From contig OX597817.1 in the NCBI GenBank assembly GCA_951406725.2, forward strand, positions 25,172,001 to 25,236,000: a DNA stretch of 64,000 bases, in the 5' to 3' direction. This document shows positions 53,866 to 64,000 of the stretch, piece after piece (position 1 is the stretch's first letter; each line of letters begins with the position of its first letter). The notes beneath the pieces are model-generated. The model did not search any database. It saw only the letters and a list, made by a program, of their open reading frames with translations, and was not told the DNA's origin. Both the position numbers and the translations under genes were made by a program. The DNA comes from Octopus vulgaris. Its lineage: Eukaryota.

Positions 53866-54453
53866 ATTCACTTAAAATTGCATTTAACATGACTATGTGT
53901 TTTTCTCTTTTTTTTTTTTGTTCTGTCAAATATACTGAAGTGGAGCCACAGTCATCTGTAGAACATTGGTCTGTCAAAGATCACCATTAAAAGTCATAAG
54001 ATTTTTCTGACACAACCAACTTGTTAGACTGTGATCAAGACACCACCGAAATGTGTGTGTGTGGGGGGGGGCGCCACCTCAAAACGGTAGAGGAGTAGGG
54101 GCTGAAACCGGACGTGGTTCCTCCTGATGATGTCTTGAGCTAACTGGATCCTATAAAGGAGCTGTTGTGATAGCAGACCATGAAACGCGGTTGAAATTCC
54201 TGAGCTAAAGCGTTAATAGTTCATAGCAAGCCACTTGTATTATATTGTTTCTAGCGTCGAGATGCTTAAAATTTGAATTGCTTCATTCTTATAGCTTTGG
54301 GAATCAATGTTAAGAATTAGAATGGCTCAATGATATAAGAAGCAGTAGCACTGTGACATTGATGTCTTCTGTAAGCTTACTGTAGTGTGCTCTGAACTTT
54401 CCATAGAGGGTATTGTCCTCGGCTAGGTTACCATGCTTGAATATACTACATGG

Positions 54454-54572
54454 GTGAGGGCGCGTGGCTTAGTGGTTAGGGCATTCGGCTCATGATCGTA
54501 AGGTTGTGAGTTCGATTCCCGGCGACGCGTTGTGTCCTTGAGCAAGACACTTTATTTCACGTTACGTTAATT
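54454..54572 (+). mobile_element. 3'-truncated tRNA/CORE-like SINE with 20-bp TSD
   Basis: A box TGGCTTAGTGG, B box GAGTTCGATTCCC; TGCTTGAATATACTACATGG at 54434-54453 and 54573-54592. Confidence 0.85.
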
Positions 54573-54804
54573 TGCTTGAATATACTACATGGAAATGAAC
54601 ATTTAATTGTTTGTTATGACCTTATGACTTATAACACACCAATATAATGTATTGCATGTGATGCCTTACATAATCAAAATTATAGTGGCAGCTCTCAAAT
54701 GATTATGTATCAGTAGTATGTACCATGCTTTTGAGAATTGTTTCATGTGTCAGCTTCAGATTAATAAAATTCAAAAATCTTACTCATCAGGCGGCATGGA
54801 CAAT

Positions 54805-56235
54805 TCTCCTCACTTAAATGACATTGTGTCTATGACCAGTCATTATATACTTACATTCTCAGTCCATCATCAGCTAAATAGGTAATATGGAAAAGCAAAG
54901 GTTGCCATACAATATACCTTATAATCATTTGAGTTAAAAGAGGAGTCTCTACAATAGCATTTAATATGCTTAAATTAGTAACCAAATTTTCCACAATTTT
55001 TATCTTACCCTGTTAAAAAGCCCCAGGGAGATAGCAGATAGCATAGTATAATGCAATGGTTCCTAAAGTGGGTGGTGGAAAGATCCAGTGAGGTATTGAA
55101 GATAAGTGGGGCATAATGGGGTGACCAAAAGGGTGGTGGAGATGATGGCTGTAGAGGCAACATACAATTGTGTCATGTTAATATTGTTGTGTAGCCTCAG
55201 GAGAGTTATAATGATCAGAACCATGTACAGTTATGTTATTGTCTTACTGGCACTCAGACACTGAACAATTATTTTTACTCTGCTAGGGGAAGATATTTAA
55301 AAAGATAACTGAAAATATTTCTTTTTCTCTGCAAAATAGAATTTATGACATTCATTCTTTTCTCCCAAGAAGTTAGTCATATAAGTGATGCAAAATAGGT
55401 TTTAACAATCAATAATAGACTGAAAACATAATTAACTGAAAAAATTACAATAGACGCAGTGTGGCTGTGTGTTAAGAAGCCTGCTTCCCAACCACATGGT
55501 TCCAGGTTCAGTTCTACTGCATGGCACCTTGGGCAAGCGTCTTCTATTGTCTCAGGCCAACCAAAGCCTTGTGAGTGGATATGGTAGACGGAAACTGAGA
55601 AATATATATATGTATATATTTGTGTGTATGTCTATGCTTGTCCCCCACCATTGCTTGACAACCAATGTTGGTGTGTTTACATCCCTGTAACTTAGGCTTG
55701 CAAAGAATAAATCCTGGGAGGCAATTTGTTTGACTAAAGACAGTGCTCCAGCATGGCCGCAGTCAAATGACTGAAACAAGGGATTCACTAAATGGCTGAA
55801 AACGAGCAAATATATGATGTTAGAAACATAATGATTTTACTGAAGATTATGTGATTCACCATTCAAATCTCCTCACTTAAATGACATTGTGTCTATGACC
55901 AGTCACTATATACTTACATTCTCAGTCCATCATCAGCTAAATAGGGAATATAGAAAAGCAAAGGTTGCCATACAATATACCTTATAATCATTTGAGTTAA
56001 AAGAGGAGTCTCTACAATAGCATTTAATATGCTTAAATTAGTAACCAAATTTTCCACAATTTTTATCTTACCCTGTTAAAAAGCCCCAGAGAGATAGCAG
56101 ATAGCATAGTATAATGCAGTGGTTCCTAAAGTGGGTGGTGGAAAGATCCAGTGGGGCATTGAAGATAAGTGGGGCATAATGGGGTGACCAAAAGGGTGGT
56201 GGAAGTGATGGCTGTAAAGGCAACATACATTTGTG
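54805..56235. repeat. ~368-bp direct duplication (54805-55172 and 55868-56235)
   Basis: Near-identical sequence from TCTCCTCACTTAAATG to GGCAACATACA(A/T)TTGTG. Confidence 0.95.
55451..55780 (+). mobile_element. Family A SINE (diverged, internal deletion)
   Basis: Head and 3' end recognisable. Confidence 0.85.
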
Positions 56236-56328
56236 AAATACTGTTGTTTTTAAATTGGTGTTTTAAATTGTGGTCTATGTTTGTGGTGTGTATGTGTGTG
56301 AGAAGGTGCTAGGGATTGGGAACTACTG
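56117..56328. mobile_element. hAT (Charlie-like) MITE
   Basis: TIRs CAGTGGTTCCTAA / TTGGGAACTACTG with 8-bp TSD GTATAATG/GTACAATG. Confidence 0.8.
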
Positions 56329-56717
56329 GTACAATGTAGTTCTAAATCCTCTATGTATGAAATTAAAAACTGGATGTCATGGCTGAAATACTTTTGATCA
56401 CGAGTCAGCTAAACAACATTTATAATTGTTTCTTTTACTCACAGTAGTGAGTGCGAATTTTCCCATGAGTTTGTGTGAAATGGGACTAGTTTGTCTGATT
56501 TACACTATATGCTCAAAATGAAGATGAAACTTTAAATTTGTGTCCTTACAGCTAAATGGCTAATGTGAGCCACAGCATGTTCATTTCATATGTTTTCCAA
56601 ACCAGGCATGGGTTGGATGGGTCTTAGAGTATCTCACAAATTGTCTTGATGCATTATATCATACTACCAGGAGTTAGAGAGTGTTTGGTTTAACATCGGT
56701 TTTTGTTATTCCTATAT

Positions 56718-57008
56718 TCATCATCATCATCATCATCATCATCATTTAGCGTCTGCTTTCCATGCTAGCATGGGTTGGACGGTTCAACTGGGGTCTGGGA
56801 AGCCAGAAGGCTGCACCAGGCCCAGTCTGATCTGGCAATGTTTCTACGGCTGGATGCCCTTCCTAATGCCAACCACTCCGTGAGTGTAGTGGGTGCTTTT
56901 TACGTGCCACCGGCACAGGTGCTAGATGGGGCTGGCAAACAGCCACAGAGAGATGGTGCTTTTTACGTGCCACCGGCAAGTGGGCCAGGCGAGGCTGGCA
57001 ACGGCCAC
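56718..57008 (-). mobile_element. Family C retroposon
   Basis: (CAT)n, body and two tandem units. Confidence 0.87.
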
Positions 57009-57441
57009 ACACACACTCACACACTCTTTCTCTCTTTTTCTCATGCATGATTTCACACATACACACACACACCAAAATATCTTCAGTATCAGGTTTGGTG
57101 GATCTTATATAATTTGGAAGATGTTCTCAAATTCAAAAGTTTTGTAAGTATTTATGAACTCATTATATTTCAAATATACCAAAGATTTATTCGAAATAAT
57201 TGTAATATCTCTGCATAGCATTGGTGGCTTAACATTAATTATATACCACGTTGAAACAACAATCATTAAATCTCGTTATTGTAATCTCTTCTTTGAAACT
57301 CTTATCCTGTTGGAAATGAGTGCAATTTCTCATAATTGATTTCTTTTTCACAAGACATTATTATTAATTATGATTTCTTACATCGACAGTAAGCCAACTG
57401 GCAGAAGAGACTGGCAGAATTGCATGAATTAATCTCAATAT

Positions 57442-57815
57442 ATTACTGACAATTATTTTATGAAGCTTAGACAGTGTGAAAGGTTAAGCTGATCCACGAG
57501 GAACGTCAATGTGGAGCATATGAGGATAAAGTAAATACTGTTTAGCATTTAGTTTGATGTTTTACTGTCTCTGCTGACTCATGAACTTATCAATTAAATA
57601 AAAACTTTTTTCAAGCTAAAGGAGCTTGAAATTACTGACAATTATTTTATGAAGCTTAGACAGTGTGAAAGATTAAGCTGATCCATGAGGAACGTCAATG
57701 TGGAGCATATGAGGATAAAGTAAATACTGTTTAGCATTTAGTTTGATGTTTTACTGTCTCTGCTGACTCATGAACTTATCAATTAAATAAAAACTTTTTT
57801 CAAGCTAAAGGAGCT
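57442..57815. repeat. 185-bp tandem duplication with 4-nt spacer
   Basis: 57442-57626 vs 57631-57815 differ at about 2 positions; spacer TGAA. Confidence 0.95.
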
Positions 57816-57878
57816 CTTCTACATGGTTGCTTGACTTGCTAAAAATAGCAGATAAATAAACTTCAAATCAATAATATT

Positions 57879-58248
57879 ACTCGTTTACTTGCTTCAGTCA
57901 TTTGACTGTTGCCATGCTAGAGCACCACCTTTAGTCGAGCAAATCAACCCCAGGACTTATTATTTGTAAGCCTATTACTTATTCTATCAGTAGTCCTTTT
58001 TGCTGAACTGCTAAGTTATGGGGACGTAAATACACCAGCATCGGTTGTCAAGTGATGTTGGGGGGACAAACACAAACACATAAACAAACACACATATATA
58101 TACATATATACGACGGGCTTCTTTCAGTTTCCGTCAGCCAAATCCACTCACAAGGCTTTGGTCAGCCAAGGTGCCACGCAGTGGGAATGAACCTGGAACC
58201 ATCTGGTTGGTAAGCAAGCTACTTACCACACCGCCACTCCTGCGCCTA
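57879..58248 (-). mobile_element. Family A SINE
   Basis: Reverse copy with a small deletion. Confidence 0.9.
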
Positions 58249-58479
58249 TGTTTAAAACCTGTTGTTTAAAACCAGGAGGGACGTGTTAGATAATGAAGTT
58301 CTAGAAATATGTAATGTCAAACACAGAAAGATAAGGTGATTACAGCTGAAGCACTTTAAACGGGACTCGTAAATTGAGCCAATATCACCCAGTTAGGGAC
58401 CTACATATATGGTTAGATGCCAAGTATACAGAATAGGTACTTGATAGTAGGAAGATGTATGTCACAACAACTAGTGATG

Positions 58480-58732
58480 ACAGTCTAACAAGTTGGTTGT
58501 GTCAGAAAAATCTTATGACTTTTAATGGTGATCTTTGACAGACCAATGTTCTACAGATGACTGTGGTTCAACTTCAGTATATTTGACAGAACAAAAAATA
58601 AAGAGAAAAACACATAGTCATGTTAAATGCAATTTTAAGTGAATGTTTGTTTTAACTCAATTATCTTTCTAACATTTTTGAAAAGTTTGTCTGATAATAG
58701 TAGAAGCTATTGAAGAATGGTACTAAGCCAGT
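58480..58732 (-). repeat. Inverted duplicate of 53357-53453 plus 53866-54032
   Basis: Reverse complement matches both SINE flanks contiguously. Confidence 0.93.
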
Positions 58733-60627
58733 CTTCTTACTTCTTCTTTCTTCTGTTCCCTAGCCTCTTCAATGTAGCGTCAACGAGTGCCAGCAAATGG
58801 ACACATGTCCATTTTTCTGTCAACTATTATGTCCTTAAATATAGTCACATAATTATAGCTAAAATTACTTATTTTAGTAGTTAAAGAACACTAATAAACA
58901 CAGAAAATCCATGGCAGAGAGGACATTAAGTAAAGAAATTCAAAACCAAAAATTTTTTCCTGAATAATTTGGTGATTTAGAAGAATTAAAAAATCAATTG
59001 TACTTATGAAAATGTTGTTGAAAGATATCATTATTCTACAGCTTGAAGCTAAATCAACTTAGATCTATAACTATTTCAGCTTGAGAAACCAGAAGGTTTC
59101 GATTTTCATAAGTGAAACACCAGAATGACAAACTGCCATTAAACAGGTGCAAATTATTTGAGGTAAAAACATCATAGCAGAAAATATTTCTGGTACCGAA
59201 ATTCAACATTAGACCATTCTATGATTTAAAGAATAATTTTTTTACTCAGACTTCTTTTGGAGGTCTCAGTCTGGAGGAAGGGGCTGTACTCTTTACTTTG
59301 AAAGATATCAGAGACCATTGAACACTATGACATTAATGTTATCTTTAGGCATTGCAGGTCAACACTTGCTGTTTGGACTAAGGAATGATCCAAATTGTTT
59401 TAGCATTTAAAGGGAGAGGTAAATAAGTTCTGAGGAGCCATAAATACAATGAAACAAAATCAGTTTAATCTTCATTCCAAGGAATTGATAGCCCTGTATA
59501 TAAGCCCAGAGTTATTAAAGACTCAATATGTAGATATATATGCACATACATATTACCTTCTACATATGTTTCAAACATTTAATTCTGAAGTTGGAATGAT
59601 GAGAGAAAGAGAGAGAAAGGGCAAAAGCAAACGGGGAGAGAATGAGAGAGCTTAAAAAATAATGCAACTAATTAAAGGAAATATGCATGAATTTATTAAT
59701 CTATCAAACCTATTGCAGTCTTGAGAAAATGAATTTAAATATAACTGTTTGATTAAAATTTAAAGCACTATAGAAATGATGTGCTTTATGCATGCATGAA
59801 TATTCTGAAATAATGTTAAGGAAGCATAATTTCTGCATGTATTTCAATGAACCAGATTAGAATTATAGTTTATAGTTTATAGTTGATTAGTCACCATTAG
59901 AAAGGGCACATTGGCTATAAAATCACTTGCTTTACCAACTCATATTCAAGTATCCAAATCTGTATCAGAATTATCTCATCCATACCAAGGATGTAAAATT
60001 GCAAAATAAAAGAAGCATGTTTAAAATCTCAGAAGCAAATTAAGGGGATCCAAAAGATGAAGAAATGATCACATCCTATGATAAAATTTGCCAATCTGAC
60101 ATCTCAGGCAAAAATTAATCGTGCCTGACAAAATATGTTTGTGCACTGAGTTGATATTAAAAAAGAAAATGAATAAAAATTTTAGGATTTTAAAAACTTA
60201 TTTTATTTATTCTTTTTCTCATTATCAGTAACGGTTTATAGTTTGTTCCCTCTGCTGACTGCATTCATTGGAAGAATTCTCAAAATGAGAATATTAACAG
60301 GAATGTTTCATACATAGATATGTGAGCTACAGCTAGCTCAGTTGGCTGTGTGTCAGCTTACTAACAGTTATATCTAGAGATCCTGATACACCTGGAGTGC
60401 TGCCCTGAATTCTTTACCCAGACAACTTATTCTGAAATAAGTGGAAATTTTACCGGTGAGTGTGTTAAATAATAAGGCACTAAAAGAGAATGACTCTCCC
60501 CAGACAACAGATTATTCTTAAAGAATTTAGTTAAAATGCCAACAGTTGAAACACTTGTAGAAACTCAGCTTACTGGAAATAACAAAATTTTTTGGAAATT
60601 TTCCCCTAAATTCAGGAAAATGATTCA

Positions 60628-61053
60628 ATCATCATCGTCATCATTTAGTGTCCGCTTTCCATGCTAGCATGGGTTGGACGGTTCAACTGGGGTCTGTGAA
60701 GCCAGAAGGCTGCATCAGGCCCAGTCTGATCTGGCACTGTTTCTACGGCTGGATGCCCTTCCTAATGCCAACCACTCTGTGAGTGTAGTGGGTGCTTTTT
60801 ACGTGCCACTAGCACAGGTGCCAGACGGAGGTGGCAAACGGCCACAGACGGATGGTGCTTTTTATGTGCCACCGGCACGGAGGCCAGGCAAGGCTGGCAA
60901 CGGCCACGATTGGATTGTGCTTTTTACGTGCCACCAGCACGGGGGCCAGGCAAGGCTGGCAACGGCCCTGAATGGATGGTGCTTTTTACGTACCACCGGC
61001 ATGGAGGCCAGTCGGGGCGGCGCTGGCAACGGCCACGATCGGATGGTTCGCTT
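60628..61053 (-). mobile_element. Family C retroposon with 4-5 tandem ~60-bp units
   Basis: Repeated GGATGGTGCTTTTTACGTGCCACCGGCAC..GCTGGCAACGGCCAC. Confidence 0.88.
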
Positions 61054-61898
61054 ACTTGTCACCAGCACAATATACACAGAATATGATATGCCTGAACAGA
61101 AGATGAGATTGTTATTAAAAGAGGAAGCTATGCAGTACAAAATCAAGTGGAAATTACTGGGATGACATGTACGATATCTGAATTTGCTAAGAAAAGAATT
61201 TCACAAAAAAATTATCCAGGCACTTTCCTGAACTCAAAAAGAGATGTTGTCAGATGTTACTCTCAAGAGAAGAAATTCACTGTGGCAATGTAATCATACC
61301 GATTTTGGCAATAAAGAACAGTATATATGTACTCAAAAACAACTGACATGAATAATACATGGTCAAAATCAATCCATGGGAAGAAACCCACTTTACCTCC
61401 AGGAAAAAATTTCCACTATGTTTTATGCTAATTCTTTTTATTAACACCGAGGCAACTGGGATTCACATATATCTCTGGCATTAAAGAGCTTATGCACTTC
61501 AAGCCAGTATGTCTGAAGAGTCATCAATATTGCCAAAAGCAATAATTGATGTGAAACCTATGGTACTGTTCAAGCCAGTATATATACTATCAACAGCAAT
61601 ATACTATTTCATGATATATGAAAATATGAAGGCTCTATTACACATAATGAATGTGTATTTTTTCTTACATATATATGTATGTCTGTGTGAGCATTCTGTA
61701 CATGTGTGTATGTCTGTGTGTGGTGTGGTGTGTGCGTTTGTGTGTGCATTTGTGTATGTAAATATGCATGCATGTATGTTCTCATTTTAAATTTTGATTA
61801 TTCCACCCACTGGATTGTGGCCAAGCTAAGCTATGACCCATAAGCAATACAAACTTAAACAGATTATTTTTCAATAGTGCTTTTATACTAGTAAACTG

Positions 61899-61946
<48 letters not shown>

Positions 61947-62077
61947 TATACATACCTATATCTATCTATGTACCTATGGGGCTTATCTCCCTGTTTATGT
62001 ATATACATGCATATATGTATACACTCACAGATATGTATATCATAGAGGGTGACAGACAGATAGACAGGCAGAAGTAT

Positions 62078-62489
62078 ACTCTTTACTCTTTTACTTGTTT
62101 CAGTCATTTGACTGTGGCCATGCTGGAGAACTGCCTTTAGTCGAGCATCTCGACCCCGGGACTTATTCTTTTGTAAGCCCAGTACTTATTCTATCGGTCT
62201 CTTTTGCCGAACTGCTAAGTGACGAGGACATAAACACACCAGCATCGGTTGTCAAGCAAAGCTAGGGGGACAAACACAGACACACAAACATACACGCAGA
62301 CACACATATATATATACATATATACGACAGGCTTCTTTCTGTTTCCGTCTACCAAATCCACTCACAAGGCTTTGGTCGGCCCGAGGCTATAGTAGAAGAC
62401 ACTTGCCCAAGGTGCCACACAGTGGGACTGAACCCGAAACCATGTGGTTGGTTAGCAAACTACTTACCGCACAGCCACTCCTGCGCCTA
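62078..62489 (-). mobile_element. Family A SINE
   Basis: Near-consensus reverse copy. Confidence 0.92.
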
Positions 62490-62845
62490 TGTATATGTAT
62501 GTTTATATATATTTTTGTCTATTTATAAAAATAATTTTATGCTTTTGTCTCTAGAAGGATTTGTAGAGTGCTGTTTATTTGCATGTACATAATTATGTTT
62601 GGATATATTGAGAAAATTAATACAAAATGCAAACTGCTATCATATTACCCAAATATTTTAAAACTTCATTTCCATGGACAGTAGGTCTAGTATATAGTTC
62701 ATAATACACATGTATTTTTACACTTACAGATAACAGTACTCACAAAATATGTATGCTGAGCTAGATATACAAAAATGTATATTCACATATGAACAAAACC
62801 TTGTTAGCCCATATACATAATCATATCTATATCTCTGTTTCTGTC

Positions 62846-62924
<79 letters not shown>

Positions 62925-63204
62925 ACAAACAAATAATTCAATTATTAGATTTTCACATAAAAAGGCTTAAGTTGAAAAATAATTATGCTTAGTTAATTAC
63001 AAGAGGATATTATTTTTATTTCTTTTTTATCTATCGTCTCACTTTCTTTTTCTTTTAACTTTTGTATACACAAGGAGTACTCAATGTTTGGTAATGGTAA
63101 GCAAAGAAAGGAATTGAAAAAATATCAAAAATGGTAAAAGGAGAATCTTGTCAATAATACTTTTACTATTTTCCAAAACTTTCTATAAATATTATTTTTG
63201 TTAT

Positions 63205-63275
63205 CATTATTATTATTATCACCATTATTATTATTATTATTATTATTATCATCATCATCATCATCATCATCATCA

Positions 63276-63306
<31 letters not shown>

Positions 63307-63342
63307 TATTATTATTATTATTATTATCATTATTATTATTAT
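63205..63342. repeat. (TTA)n/(TCA)n trinucleotide microsatellite
   Basis: Direct inspection. Confidence 0.95.
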
Positions 63343-63924
63343 CAGTTTGCTTTTGTTTTTTATTTTGCCTCTTATTTCAAGTAATTTCATATAATTTAAT
63401 CTGATTCTCTTCTTAAAATTTGAAATTAAATACATCTGTCTTTTGGTTAAATATTTGCCAATCCTGATCATATGTCTTTAGCAAGAGAAATTAGTCTAAT
63501 ACATTTTCTTTGTTCTCTGTGTCTTTCTTAGAAATATTTTTATGTTTTATCTTGTTGATATATATTTTGTATGACTGCCTATCTCTCAATCTGCTTTTCT
63601 ATCTATCAGCCATTTGATTTATTTACCCATCATTCTATCTATCTGTATATTTAACAAGGTATCCTTTTACTTGTAAGTATATCTAGTTTCCATTGTTAAA
63701 TTTGTAGTTAAATGTATAAATGCACTGATAAATGCAAACAAATATATTTGCACATGTAAGCATGTATGTCAATTTTTCTATTGTTCAATTTTTTTTTAGT
63801 TCATTACGATATGTGGCTTGTGCCTGAAGAATATGTTTGAGTATTTTTAACAGATGAAACTATTAGTAGTGTTTAAATGCATGTGCTGTACCATTTAAAT
63901 AAATTATACATACATAAATTATAC

Positions 63925-64000
63925 AGACGCAGGAGTGGCTGTGTGGTAAGTAGCTTGCTAACCAACCACATGGTTCCTGGTTCAATCCCACTGCGTGGCA
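63925..64000 (+). mobile_element. Family A SINE 5' end (cut by window edge)
   Basis: AGACGCAGGAGTGGCTGTGTGGTAAG..GGTTCAATCCCACTGCGTGGCA. Confidence 0.88.

Noticed and set aside
60378-60461. Candidate exon ending at a strong donor CCG|GTGAGT with one open frame (ILIHLECCPEFFTQTTYSEISGNFT)
   Set aside because: Weak acceptor, no recognisable homology and no partner exons; would need RNA-seq.
60780-61053. Regularly spaced conserved ~25-bp motifs resembling a CRISPR array
   Set aside because: The spacers are homologous to each other, the context is eukaryotic and there are no cas genes; it is an internal minisatellite.
61060-61330. Coding-looking stretch (YDMPEQKMRLLLKEEAMQYKIKW..)
   Set aside because: Interrupted by stops and no family motif that I can recognise.

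Overview
AT-rich, repeat-dominated animal genomic DNA, intronic or intergenic. The SINE families and microsatellite load resemble Octopus/coleoid cephalopod DNA (inference). I can support no intact host protein-coding exon: nearly all track ORFs are read-throughs of microsatellites or SINEs. Recognisable content: about 17 copies of a tRNA-derived CORE-like SINE (family A), about 8 Meta-domain SINEs (family B), 6 copies of a (GAT)n-tailed element with ~60-bp internal tandem units (family C), three decayed Penelope-like (GIY-YIG) retroelements, two R4/Dong and two RTE-type LINE fragments, three mariner relics, a Helitron, and hAT-type non-autonomous elements. The most interesting signal is a dense set of type-I hammerhead ribozyme (HHR) motifs (about 8.5, 8.8, 27.7, 29.8, 40.3, 47.2, 49.5, 49.7 and 54.1 kb) in small inverted or tandem retrozyme/pLTR-like units. 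One unit joins a tRNA-derived Pol III head to an HHR tail flanked by an inverted partial copy, making it a candidate Penelope-mobilised 'ribozyme SINE'. A patchwork of local templated duplications at 48-59 kb also preserves an empty SINE insertion site. All coordinates were read by eye and may be off by a few bases.
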